A DNA stretch of 64,000 nt, from contig NC_092374.1 of assembly GCF_030028105.1 (NCBI RefSeq), forward strand, positions 156,636,432-156,700,431, given 5' to 3'. The notes beneath the pieces are model-generated. The model saw nothing but the letters and a program-made list of their open reading frames with translations, was not told the origin of the DNA and made no database searches. The translations under genes were made by a program, and so were the position numbers. The stretch is from Mobula birostris (taxonomy: Eukaryota). The stretch's first letter is position 1. Each line of letters starts with the position of its first letter. Of this stretch, positions 24,843-37,390 are shown piece after piece.

Positions 24843-26286
24843 TGTCACAATGGGGTGCTGGGAACAGACCCAAATGCAAGACACAGACACAGAAGTACAA
24901 GGAACAGGACTTGACTAGAGTAGGGACGTCACAAGATTCAGACCATTAGCAGGGACAAGAACGCAGACTTGGGCTATGGAAAGCAAGACCAGGACAAGAA
25001 ACCATGGACTAGGAACAAGGCTTGGACTCCAAGCCCGAGACTGGACAAGGACCCAGAACCTGGGTATTGCCTCGGGCTTGGACCGCAGAACCAGGCAAGG
25101 ACATGACATGGCTTCAGGACAGGATGTGGCTGGGGTCTAGAGGCCTGAGCTTGGCTTGAGCCTGGGGTCTTGGGTCCTTGGAGCTTGGCTTGAGACTGGG
25201 GTCTTGGGTCCTTGGAGCTTGGCTGCGGGATCCTCGAGGCTTGGGTTCTTGGAGCTTGGCTGCGGGATCCTCGAGGCTTGGGTTCTTGGAGCTTGGCTGC
25301 GGGATCCTCGAGGCTTGGGTTCTTGGAGCTTGGCTGCGGGATCCTCGAGGCTTGGGTTCTTGGAGCTTGGCTGCGGGATCCTCGAGGCTTGGGTTCTTGG
25401 AGCTTGGCTGCGGGATCCTCGAGGCTTGGGTTCTTGGAGCTTGGCTGAGGGATCCTCGAGGCTTGGGTTCTTGGAGTTCAGAGACAGACAGGGAACCGAA
25501 CATCAACGTAGAGCCAGGACTTATCCTTCAACAAGCTGGGACTCATCTTTAACACAACACTAACATGAGACAAGACAGAACATAGACATACAGCCAGGAC
25601 TCAACTTCATCTCCACACCAAGGTGGGACAGGTCCCTCCATCAAGTAATGGCAGAACAGCCAGACTTACCCAACAGAGGTGAGGACAAGACAATCCCCCC
25701 ACAGGGCAACAGCAGAACAGCCTGACTTACCCCACAGAGGCAAGGACAAGACAAGGCAGATCCTCCCACAGGGCAACAGCAAAACAGCCTGGCTTACCCC
25801 ATGGAGGCAAGGACAAGTAGAGACAAACACCAAAGAACAACAGACAGTTCCATCTCTGCTCCGGGGAAGCTCCAAGTCTCAGTTCGGCCAGCAACCTCAG
25901 CAGGCTACAGAAACAGTCAGATCCCTACCTAACTCAGAGTAGTTGGCAGCCACTCAGCTGGCCCAGGAAACAGCCAAATCCATACCACAAAGACAGCTCC
26001 GACTACCTACAGCAAGGCTCCATGAAGCAATGGTTCTCCAACACAGCCTAAGGATGACAAGTGGCCACTCTAGCCTTCCACCAGCAGATTGCTCCCAGGG
26101 GAACTGACAAGACAAACCAGCAGCTGACACTCAACCCCAAGGCTACTTATATTCCAAACCCCAAGATGGGAATCAGGTGCCTATGCTTAACTCAATCAAA
26201 CGAGGGACAGCTGGAAGACCCAGAGTCCTGAGTCCACGGACCAGACCGTGAACCGGAATGCAGACTTCACAGACTGGACCATGACA
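24843..26286 (-). mobile_element. Solo LTR (Gypsy-like) inserted in a SINE
   Basis: TGTCA...TGACA termini and a 5-bp TSD ATACC (24838-24842, 26287-26291). The minus strand has TATAAG near 26150 and ends TGCATTTGGGTC...GTGACA. Confidence 0.85.
25208..25476. repeat. 37-bp tandem repeat (~7 copies) inside the solo LTR
   Basis: Unit GGGTTCTTGGAGCTTGGCTGCGGGATCCTCGAGGCTT; GGATCC recurs every 37 bp (25228, 25265, ...). Confidence 0.95.
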
Positions 26287-26461
26287 ATACCCTGAGCTGG
26301 ACTAGAGGTGCGCTAACCATTACAATCTGCAGTATGATCAATGTTAACTGCTAGTTCTAAAGCTATGTGAAATTGGCTTAGCCAGCTGTCAAAACCGTCA
26401 AGGGATAGAAATTGTTCTGAATACTTGAAAACCTTGTAAAAATAGCTGTTAAAATCCATAA

Positions 26462-26852
26462 ACAACAGGAATTCTGCAGATGCTGGAAATTCAAGCAACA
26501 CACATCAAAGTTGCTGGTGAACACAGCAGGCCAGGCAGCATCTGTAGGAAGAGGTGCAGTCGACGTTTCAGGCCGAGACCCTTCGTCAGGACTCAGGCAG
26601 CATCTGTAGGAAGAGGTGCAGTCGACGTTTCAGGCCGAGACCCTTCGTCAGGACTCAGGCAGCATCTGTAGGAAGAGGTGCAGTCGACCTTGCAGGCCGA
26701 GACCCTTCGTCAGGACTCAGGCAGCATCTGTAGGAAGAGGTGCAGTCGACGTTTCAGGCCGAGACCCTTCGTCTCGGCCTGAAACGTCGACTGCACCTCT
26801 TCCTACAGATGCTGCCTGGCCTGCTGCGTTCATTAGCAACTTTGATGTGTGT
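26462..26852 (-). mobile_element. Penelope pLTR-derived element: four 62-bp tandem units plus an inverted copy, hammerhead-bearing
   Basis: Units start at 26532, 26594, 26656 and 26718; inverted arm ~26771-26853; 15-bp TSD TGTTAAAATCCATAA (26447-26461, 26853-26867). Confidence 0.9.
26558..26655 (-). ncRNA. Two adjacent intact minimal hammerhead ribozyme motifs
   Basis: The minus strand reads AGUC-CUGACGA-AGGGUCUCGGCCU-GAAAC-GUC-GACU at 26558-26593 and 26620-26655: core boxes, stem I AGUC/GACU and a palindromic ACGU stem III. Confidence 0.8.
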
Positions 26853-26959
26853 TGTTAAAATCCATAATTTTTCTCTAAAAATTAAAAGGATTTAAAAGCA
26901 CAAAATCAATTAGGTAAATTCAAGCAACTTCAAAAAAAATGAAAATACACTTACATCAT

Positions 26960-27360
26960 GGCCTTTCTTTTCCATTGAAATTAATGGGGGGAGCTCACTT
27001 GGCCAGTTCTAATCACATTCCCCAGTATAACTGGTGGTCAACTGTTATAATTCTGTGGCATATTGATGGATTCAATAACAAATTCAACGTTGGTATGCAT
27101 TTGGAGAAACGGCAATGAATAGGCATGATTGAGTTTTTGACCTTCACATTTTCGTAAGCATTCACAGAAATCACAAACTTGCTGACAGGTGGTAAATGCC
27201 ATCAGTTACACACAGGACTATCAACAGTAAATCAGTAACATACATGTTACCATATTTCTCCAGAACACCCAGGTTGCAAGCCATTAGAGGCAACTGTGCA
27301 ATGCAACACTGGATGATATTTTATTCTTATATAGTCAAGGAATCAATAACAGATGAGATT
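26960..27360 (-). pseudogene. PKD1-like relic: PKD repeats
   Basis: PVSKFVISVNAYENVKVKNS resembles the G-x-[YF]-x-[VI]-x-V-x-A-x-N-x-V motif of PKD domains; multiple stops. Confidence 0.45.
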
Positions 27361-28459
27361 ACCTATTATAGTGTTTTATAATTGATTAGCTATGCAAGTG
27401 GAAAATTATACGAAAAGCCAATATGTACAGCATTTTTTAAAAGGAATTTATATTAATCTGAACTGGTAGACGGATTGGAAGAGACGAATGGAATTTCATT
27501 CATTTAGAGAACAAAGGAAACAGAAACTCGAAACCTGAATGAGTGGAAGAGCTAGAAACCCTGATTATGTTTACAAAGTAAACGAAAATATATGACAAAA
27601 CAGCCGATGCCAAAATCTGAAGTAAAAACAGAGAAGGGGGAAAATTATTCAGTAGATCAGACAGCATCTGTGGAAAAGGGAACAGAGTTATGCCAAATAT
27701 CATTATTCAGAGCTGGGGAAAAGAGAAAAACTAATTCTTTTTAAGTTGCAGGTAGGGATGAAAAGCACAAAATGAATATATGTGACAGGTAAGACAATGC
27801 TTGTCATAGTTATAAATTGTAAAGTTCCTCCAGTCAGTGGGTCGATAACAGCATCTTGATGGTAGTAACACAATCAAAGTCATGTAATATGTTGTAAACA
27901 TTTAGAAAAGTACTTAGGGTGTGCTCAGAGAGGTGTAACCAGCAGGGTGACAGCCTTAGTGCTGATGGGTGAGATTAGGCTGAGTAATTCTACATTGATT
28001 GGCACAGACTCAGCACAGCAACTTTCTGTGTTATAAATTTTGTATGACTCTGTGTTGATCATTGTACTTTCTGATCAGTGTTCATGATTTCCAATTTAAC
28101 AATGAAAATGAACAAGTGGCACAGTAGCGTAGCAGTTGGCGTACCACTTTACAACACCAACAATCTCATTCAATTCCCACCACTGTCCATAAGGATGTTC
28201 TCCCTATAACAATACGGGTTTCCTCTGTGTGCTCCGGTTTCCTCCCACATTCCAAAGACATACAGTTTAGAGTCAGTAAATTGGGTGTATGCCACGTTGG
28301 CACCGGAAGCAGGCTGACACTTGCGAGCTGCCTGATCTTCACAATCTTCACCATCTTCAGACTGTGTTGTTTGTTAATGCAAATGACGCATTTCACTGTA
28401 TGTTTTGATGTGACAAATAAAGCTCTGACAAGTTGCCAAAAATGGCTTAATTAATTTTC

Positions 28460-29320
28460 TAAATTTTCGCAGCAGTGCTTTATTTGCCTATTTTCACGAA
28501 CAAATTGCCAGTGCCTTTTTCTTCTCACCAGCTACTGACATCCTTGCAAACATTAAATAATGATGACATTAATGAAATTACTTGCTACGGCAGCATCAAA
28601 GACAAGAGAGGAGGGAACATAGGAACGTTGACTGTACATAACTTTCTCTCAAACCTGCACACATCGACATTATTTCTCAGCTCTCTTTCCATCACCTGCT
28701 CTTCTCAGCAAGCCACACTTTTCTTCAAGCAAAAGCAGAATGTTGATTGCTTATCTTTACAAATTTTGCATTAAATATAGCTGCAGTGAAAGGTGCATAA
28801 CATGGTCAGCAGAATTTTTCCCTCTGTTGATCTGAACTGAATTCCAGCCTCTTACAGGAAATGAAGGTCATTGCTTTTGTTATTGGTCAAGCCTCACAGT
28901 GAGATAACAGTCTGTTATCGATAAATTTAATTTCACTGCGCAGAAATACCATGTATTCATCAACAGTCAGCAAAAGGCTCACACAGAAGGTAAACACAAA
29001 CATATCTGGTGTGTCTCAAATGGATCAGTGGGCCTGATGGTGGCTGTGGTGTCTATTACCAGAATATTCCAGTCTCATCAAGAACCATTGCTGAGACATT
29101 AATTTGCTCAGTGCAGTTTTGTTTCAATAGAAAGTGATTATTGCAACCAGCTATTCCTCCTGTTAACCATATATACTGGAAAAGATACACCTGGACCTCT
29201 GGATATAATCTGCCTGATAACAGGATTTGTACACCTGTGACAGGGAAGAAGGTGTCATTGCTTGTGTTAAACTCATTCAGAGCTTTCCCTGGAACATTAA
29301 TCACATTGGACCCATCTAAA
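28460..29320 (-). pseudogene. PKD1-like relic: PKD repeats
   Basis: DGSNVINV..., FPVTGVQI..., YVPSSLVFDAAVASNFINVIII* and KGTGNLFVKIG are beta-sandwich PKD-repeat-like segments with stops. Confidence 0.45.
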
Positions 29321-30417
29321 CTAGACCCATTTGCTCACATTTAGCCTGAGTCCTTCTTAACCCATCTTATCAAATGTCTTTCAAATGTCATTATTTTTGC
29401 CAGCCTCAATTACTTTCTCTGTCAGCTTGTTCTATATATGCACCACGCTTCATAATGAAGTTGTGCCTCAGGTCCCTTTCAGAACTCTGCCCTTTCACCT
29501 TAAACCTATGCCCCCTATATTTTTATTCTCTTTCCCTGGAAAAAAGATTGAGCATTCACCCTATTTATGCACATCATGATTTTATACGCTTTGATAAGGT
29601 CACTCCCTCAGTCCCCTACATTCCAAGGAATAATGTCATAGCCAGCCCAACATCTCCCTATGACTCAATCTGTTTTGGTTGTACTCTTACCTCTAAAGAA
29701 TGCATCCAATGCAGCTTGGTTGGTTCAATTAGCCTGCGAGGGCAGTGAGCACAGGAGTCCAGGCTGGAGCTCTATTGTGCTGCTGAGGGAGGGTTGCATG
29801 GTCAGAGATGCCTCTTATAGATGCAATGTAACACTGAAACCTTGCCTACTCTCTGAGTGAATGGAAGCAGTACTGACCTGTGTTTTTTTGTTATTCTCCA
29901 TAAGTATCATAAAAGTTAGTCTATCTGATCTCATTAGGCTCTGCAGTGAGCAGTAGACTCTACGCAAAACATCACTGACATCATCCCTCCTCACCATCAG
30001 TAATATTTACATAAGACCTCGCCTCAAGGATGCAACATCTATCATCCAAACTCAACCCCCCCGCCCCCCATCCGGGACATGCTGTCATCTCCCAGCTACC
30101 ATTGGGCAAGATGTAGAGAACACCATCATACTCAGGAAGAGCTACTTCTCTTCAACCATCCAGTTCTTGAACCCATCTGCACAACCCTAATCGCTACCTC
30201 AGTATAGCAACACCGTGACCACTTTGCACAACAATGAACAATTTTTGTTCTAGTTCAGTTCATTTTGTATAATTTTGTATACTATGTGTTTAATTCATGT
30301 TATTCTTATGAACGCAGTTTATCTGCGTCTGTGATGCTGCTGTAAGCAAGGTTTTCATTGCAGCCATACATATGCGTATATGTCCATATGTGAAAATGAA
30401 CTCATTACTTCATTATA

Positions 30418-31683
30418 CAGGTGTCCCCCGCTTTTCGAACTTTCACTTTATGACACCTCGCTGTTACGGAAGACCTACATTAGTTACCTGTTTTCACTAA
30501 CAGAAGATGTTTTCACTGTTACGAGAAAAGGCAGCGCATGCCCGGAGCAGCCAAGCTCCTCCCACAGAACTCCATTCTAACCGGCATTGCTTAAACACAT
30601 GCCTGTGAGCATCTGTGCTTTTTGTCGATTTATTTTGAGCATCTGTTCTAAGGTATCGGAAAAGCCTAAAGAACTCGTAAGGGTGTTACACTTAGCATTT
30701 TAGACGTAATTAGCAATTAGACGTAATTAAGCATTTCGATCATGGTGAACGAAGTAAGGACAAAGTGAGTTTGGCTTGTGGCAGTTGACAAAGATGATGT
30801 TGAAAAGGTTTTGGCATCCCATGACCGAGAACTGATAGATGAAGAGCTGATGCAATTGGAAGAGGAAAGGATAACAATCGAAACCGAATGCAGTAGCGAA
30901 CGGACCGAAAGTGAAGTCGTCCAGGAACTGAATGTGAAGCAACTGCATGAGATTTTCGCTGCAATGATTGCAGAAAAGCACGACTTTAATTTTGGAAGGG
31001 TACGTAGGTTTAGGGCATATTTGCAGGATGGTTTGCGTGCTTACAAAGAACTGTATGATAGAAAAATGTGCGAGGCTAAGCTGGGTGCGTCCCAGTTACC
31101 GCTGCACCTCTGCATTCTTCGCAGATCGGTATCGGTCCGCGGCCCGGAGGTTGGGGTCAAATGCACCACCCCAACCTCTGAAAACTAAGCCTAACACACC
31201 ATCATCAGTGTGCTCGGCGCTGTCTTCCCGATTCCGGTAAGTGATACTACACTGTACATACATTATTTCTACTTTATATAGTCTGTGTATTTTTATGTGT
31301 TATTTGGTATGACTTGGCAGCTTCATAGCTTAAAAGTTACTGGAGAGAGTGTTTCTACTGAGAGCACTTGCGCCGTGTTTCTGCCAAGAACGCTTGCGTG
31401 AGATTTTCGCTACGGTGGACAGTGCAGCAATGATTGTAGAAAAGTATTTCTACTTTATATAGGCTGTGTATTTATCATATCATTCCTGCTTTTACTATAT
31501 GTTACTGTTATTTGAGGTTTTATATGTTATTTGGCATGATTTGGTAGGTTATTTTTTGGGTCTGCGAACGCTCACAAATTTTTCCCATATAAATAAATGG
31601 TAATTGCTTCTTCAGTTTACGACATTCCGGCTTACGAAGCGATTCATAGAAACACTGTACCTTCGGATGGCGGGGGAAACCTG
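30418..31683 (+). mobile_element. Internally deleted Tigger/pogo DNA transposon
   Basis: TIRs CAGGTGTCCCCCGC / GCGGGGGAAACCTG with TA flanks. ORF 30778..31188 DDVEKVLASHDRELIDEELMQLEEER is a Tigger transposase C-terminus; no DDE domain present. Confidence 0.88.
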
Positions 31684-33649
31684 TATTTATAATTTGTAAG
31701 AACTTATTGTGCACCAACTAGCATGTTATGTTGACCACATTATAAAAATGATGACATTTCAAAAGTATTTGGTTGACTCTTTTATAATTAAGTACAATCT
31801 GTAGCTGTAAGGAGTGCTCCATAAACATTATTGACAACTTTTAAAATGAAAATCTTGCTATTTGACACAGTAAAAAAAAATCAGGTTCTAGAAATCTGAA
31901 ATAGAAGAAAAATTTCTGGGGCTGCTCTGCAGGTTAGGCAACATTTGTAGAGAGAGAAAGAGAATTAATGTTCCAGGTTTTTGACATTTCATCAGAACTA
32001 GAAAAAGTTTGAAGAAAAGCATTAATAATACCTATTTCATGCATTACTGTCACAAATCGAAGTTAATCCTAAACGATCTGCAATGGGGGAGCATTAATAG
32101 AGGATAAATTAGAATAATTAGAGACAAAGTAAACAACAACATGCTGGAATGTGAATTTCAGACCATGGCCTTTATAGTCAAAGAATGATAGATGTAGCAC
32201 CAAAACAGCTCCTTTGAGCCTCTAAATCCATACTAACCATCAACCATCCTGGATAAATCCTATTTCATTCTCCTCACATTCGCGTCAAATCCCACTGGAT
32301 TCTACAACTCACCTACACAATTTACAGAGCTAATTAACCTGCCAATCTGCACATTTTTGGGATGGGGAAGGTAACCAGGATATCCAGGGGAATTCTACAT
32401 GAATGGGGAGGGGGAGTGTAAAAGCCAACAGCAAAGGTGTTATGTATTTAATATTTCAATAATACTTAATATTGTTGTGTATATATATATTGTTTGATTA
32501 AGCATTCTTGTTCATTTTGGTAATTAATTACTAGTTAAATGTATAAATACAAGAATTGCTCATGTCTTCACGCTACCACATGATACATGCGCACCTCACT
32601 TAAAGTAAACCCAAAGTTAGACCTGCATTTTGGACTCCCTCTCTTCCTTTGAATTAGTTTGATATTTTGAAGCTACAAAACATAATGAAAGATTTGAAGC
32701 TGGACATTTGGCACTGGGAGACTCCACAGTTGCTTGAAATCTGAAATAAAAGAGAACATGGGAAAATCTCAGCAGATCAGATCACAACTGTAGAGAAAGT
32801 GAAAACTTAAAATTACAGATGGATGAATCGACATCTATAATAGTTCAGCACTGATACAAACAGGAAAGGTTGTTTATCTGAAATTGTTGAATTCAATATT
32901 GAGTCCCAGGAGCTACAACATGCCTCAGTGGAAGGTCCCACAAGCTCACGTCAGTTTCCATTGGTGCGGAATTTGAGTCGAAAGGCAAAAAGTTCAGAGG
33001 TGAATTGGATGGAGAATTAAAATGATAAGAATCCTATGACCTGAAAGCGGTCCTCGGTAATGCTTTCACTTAATCTGCAGTTGGCTTCTGTAATGTAGAG
33101 AAACAGAAAAGAATGCCTGGAATGCTTGAGATGTTTGGAATGTGTTCCTCAATCAAACTGCAGAGAAAGGTTAACTGTGAAAAACCGGCTGGATTGGCTA
33201 AATTCAGATAGTAGAATGGAGGCATAAGAGATTATTGATGCTGTAACTTGGAGAAAAAAACAAACTGCTGCAAGAACACAACAGATAAGGCAACATCTGT
33301 GGAAGCAAAGAAATGGTCAACATTTTAGGTCAATACCCCACATCAGGTAGTTGAATGAACTCTAAGGAGTAGGTGAGAAAGTTGGATCAATCAAGTGATT
33401 CTGATGCCAAGTTGGAACTTCAAAAATGTACAGTTTATGATAGCAAGGATGAATGTCACCCAGTAAAATTATTTTGAACTTTGTATTCTAACTTGCTACT
33501 TTTTCAGCCAGTGGATTTCTGGATTTGACCCCAGCATCATTTTACATTCCTCGCCCTTTCCCCAGTTTCAAGGCCACTCAAATGTCTTTGACCCTGACAA
33601 TGGAATTAGTCTCTTCTTTGTTCTTTTCATTTAGTCTAAGCAATGTCAA

Positions 33650-33965
33650 GTATTATAGAGTCTTAGGGCACAGAGCATGGAAACAAGTCCTTCAACCCAA
33701 ATGGTTGACCATGCTATCCAGTGAGCCAGTCCCATCTCCACCAATTTGGTCCATTGCACTCTCAGGATCCCCTGTCCATGTAGTTATCTAGATGTCCTTT
33801 AAACACTGCCAATGTGCCCACCTCAACCTCTATTTCTGGAAGATCATTCCAAATACACAACACCCTTTCTTTGATGAAGCTGCTCTTCGTCATTTTTAAC
33901 TTTCTCACCTCTGATCTTAAACCAATTCCCCCCTGTTTTAGCACCTGCTGCTCTCTCTGGGGAAA
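33650..33965 (-). mobile_element. CR1 LINE 3' end
   Basis: ERVLCIWNDLPE...FKGHLDNYMD followed by a 3' UTR. Confidence 0.75.
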
Positions 33966-34250
33966 AAAAAGACTCTATGTTTTACGTGAGCATGTGACTG
34001 AGCAACAAATGACTATGTTTCTAGATTTATATTATGCTGAAATATGTAAATTGTTACTGTAATGAGCATCCAGAGGCAGACGCATACCTTCAGACAGCAA
34101 GATAGTTCTTTTCAGATCACCTCCAGTACAGCAGTGAGTATCAGATAGCTGAGTGATACATCTACTCTTCACATTGATGTCAAGCTTTTTAAACCATTTA
34201 TTTTCTTAATTTTCAATAGTTTAATTTGGAAAGAAATGAAAATCATAGTG

Positions 34251-34381
34251 TCCCGATGAAGTGTCTCAGCCCAAAATGTCAACTGTACTCTTTTCCATAG
34301 ATGCTGCCTGGCCTGCTGAGTTCCTCCAGCATTTTGTGTGTGTTGCTTGGATTTCCAGCATCAGCAGATTTTCTCTTGTTT
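34251..34381 (+). mobile_element. Solo Penelope pLTR with degenerate hammerhead
   Basis: CCGATGA-AGTGTCTCAGCCC-AAAATGTC (mutated core); 9-bp TSD ATCATAGTG (34242-34250, 34382-34390). Confidence 0.75.
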
Positions 34382-34603
34382 ATCATAGTGCCCTTGCGGT
34401 TAGAAAAAGAAAACAAAACTAATTCATGGCAACTAAGAGATAAATGAGAATAATTGAAGTTTGGCTTAACTTAAAAAACCTTTTTTCATTGAAACAGTAT
34501 GAATACAGTGATATCTTGCTATTGAGTTTCCTGTAAGAGATTACTAAAAGTGATTGCAAGAAAATTGTTCCATCAACTATTGAAAGCTACAAGGAATAAT
34601 TTA

Positions 34604-36711
34604 AACACGAGGAAATCTGTAGATGCTGGAATTTCAAGCAACACACATAAAAGTTGCTTGTGAACACAACAGGCCAGGCAGTATCTCTAGGAAGAGGTAC
34701 AGTTGACGTTTCAGGCTGAGACCCTTCGTCAGGACTAACTGAAAGAAGAGCTAGTAAGAGATTTGAAAGTGGGAGGGGGAGGGGGAGATTCAAAATGATA
34801 GGAGAAGACAGGAGGGGGAGGGATGGAGCCAAGAGCTGGAAAGTTGATAGGCAAAGGTGATATGAGAGGATCATGGGACAGGAGGCCCAGGGAGAAAGAA
34901 AGGGGGGGGGAAGCCCAGAGGATGGGCAAGGACTATAGTGAGAGGAACAGAGAGAGCGGAAAAAGGAGAGAGAGAAAAAAAATTAATAATAATAAATAAA
35001 TAAATAAATAAATAACGGATGGGGTACGAAGGGGAGGTGGGGCATTAACGGAAGTTAGAGAAGTTAATGTTCATGCCATCAGGTTGGTGGCTATCCAGAC
35101 GGAATATAAGGTGTTGTTCCTCCAACCTGAGTGTGGCTTCATCTTGAAAGTAGAGGAGGCCGTGAATAGACATATCAGAATGGGAATGGGACGTGGAATT
35201 AAGATGTGTGGCCACTGGGAGATCCTGCTTTCTCTGGCGGACAGAGCGTTGGTGTTCAGCGAAACGATCTCCCAGCCTGCGTCGGGTCTCACCAATATAT
35301 AGAAGGCCACATCGGGAGCACCGGACGCAGTATATCACCCCAGCTGACTCACAGGTGAAGTGTTGCCTCACCTGGAAGGACTGTCTGGGACCCTGAATGG
35401 TGGTGAGGGAGGAAGTGTAAGGGCATGTGTAGCACTTGTTCCGCTTACAAGGATAAGTGCCGGGAGGGAGATCGATGGGAAAGGATGTGGGGGACGAATG
35501 GATAAAGGATTCGCATAGGGAGCGATCCCTGCAGAAAGCAGAAAGGGGGGTGGAGGGAAAGATGTGTTTAGTGGTGGGATCCCATTGGAGGTGGCGGAAG
35601 TTACGGAGAATAATATGTTGGACCCGGAGGCTGGTGGGGTGGTAGGTGAGGACAAGAGGAACCCTATCCCTAGTGGGGTGGCGGGAGGATGGGATGAGAG
35701 CAGAAATGTGTGAAATGGGAGAGATGCATTTGAGAGCAGAGTTGATGGTAGAGGAAGGGAAGCCCTTTTCTTTAAAAAAGGAGGACATCTCCTTCGTCCT
35801 GGAATGAAAAGCCTCATCCTGAGAGCAGATGCAGCAGAGACAGAGGAACTGCAAGAAGGGGATGACATTTTTGCAAGAGACAGGGTGAGAAGAGGAATAG
35901 TCCAGATAGCTTTGAGAGTCAGTAGGCTTATCGTAGACATCAGTAGATAAGCTGTCTCCAGAGATAGAGACAGAAAGATCAAGAAAGGGGAGGGAGGTGT
36001 CGAAAATGGACCAGGTAAATTTGAGGGCAGGGTGAAAGTTAGAGGCAAAGGTAATGAAGTCAACGAGCTCAGCATGCGTTCAGGAAGCAGCACCAATGCA
36101 GTCATCAATGTTGCGAAGGAAAAGTGGGGGAGAGATACCAGTATAGGCTTGGAACATGAACTGTTCCACAAAGCCAACAAAAAGGCAGGCATAGCTGGGA
36201 CCCATACAGGTGCCCATGGCTACACCTTTAATTTGGAGGAAATGGGAGGAGCCAGAGGAGAAATTATTAATAGTAAGGACTAATTCCGCTAGACGGAGCA
36301 GAGTGGTGGTAGAGGGGAACTGGTTAGGTCTAGAATCCAAAAAGAAGCGGGCAGCTTTGAGACCTTCCTGGTGGGGGATGGAAGTATATAGGGACTGGAC
36401 GTCCATGGTGAAAATAAAGCAGTGGGGGCCAGGGAACTTAAAATCATCGAAAAAATTAACAATGTGCAAAGTGTCATGAGCATAGGTAGGAAGGGATTGA
36501 ACGGGGGGGGGGGGGATAAAACAGTGTCGAGGTATGCAGAAATGAGTTCGGTAGGAGCAAGCTGAGACAATGGGTCTACCTGGACAGGCAGGTTTGTGGA
36601 TCTTGGGTAGGAGGTAGAAATGGGAAGCGTGGGGTTTGGGAACTATAAGGTTGGTAGCAGTTGATGGTAGATCCCCTGCTACCTGGACAGGCAGGTTTGT
36701 GGTTCTACGGG
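34604..36711 (-). mobile_element. Penelope-like retroelement (RT + GIY-YIG), 5'-truncated and frameshifted
   Basis: FTMDVQSLYTSIPH, GVAMGTCMGPSYACLF, RNIDD, and GIY-YIG motif GVIYCVRCSRCGLLYIGETRRRLGDRFAEH. The pLTR has a hammerhead at 34701-34736; 13-bp TSD AAGGAATAATTTA (34591-34603, 36712-36724). Confidence 0.93.
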
Positions 36712-36857
36712 AAGGAATAATTTACACTTTTTAAAATAATGAAACAATTATTGGCATTCTCTTGTTTGGCATAACTATGAAGAGAAATTAGGTATTTGTA
36801 TATTCTAACAATTCTGTCTTCAAACACATGACTAAAAATAGCTGCAGAGGTCAAATA

Positions 36858-37390
36858 TACTCAATAGCCACTTTATTAGATACACCTGTACACCAGATCA
36901 TTAATGCAAAAATCTAATCAGCTAAAAACATGCAGGTATGGTCAGTTGCTATTCAGACCCAACATCAGAACCCAGAGGAAATGTGATCTAAATGACTTTG
37001 ACTGTGGAATGATTGTTGGTGCCAGACAGGGTAGTTTGAGTATCTCAGAAAGTGCAGATCTCCTGGGGTTTTCACGCACCATAGTCTCTTGCGTTTACAG
37101 AGAATTGTCCCATAAACAAAAAAAAAATACAATGAGTATCAACTGTGTGGGTGAAAGCACCTTGCTGATGAGAGAGGTCACAGGACACTGGTCAATCTGA
37201 TTCAAGCTGACAGGAAGACAACAGTTACTCAAATAACCATACATTACAATAGTGGTGTGCAAAAGTGCACCTCTGAATGCATACGTTGAATCTTGAAGTG
37301 GATGGGCTACTGCAACAGAAGACCTCAAAGATAGTCTCAGTAGCCATTTTATTTGGCACAGGAAGTACCTAATAAATTGGCCAGTGTGTG
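36858..37390 (+). mobile_element. Non-autonomous Tc1/mariner-type element
   Basis: TA-flanked TIRs ...GCCACTTTATTAG / CTAATAAATTGGCCAGTGTG; residual HTH-like peptide DLNDFDCGMIVGARQGSLSISESADLLGFSRT. Confidence 0.8.

Noticed and set aside
25114-25563. Repetitive ORFs on both strands
   Set aside because: Product of the 37-bp tandem repeat within a solo LTR.
26532-26773. CRISPR-like regular repeats
   Set aside because: No unique spacers, no cas genes, eukaryotic context; the units are Penelope pLTR sequence.
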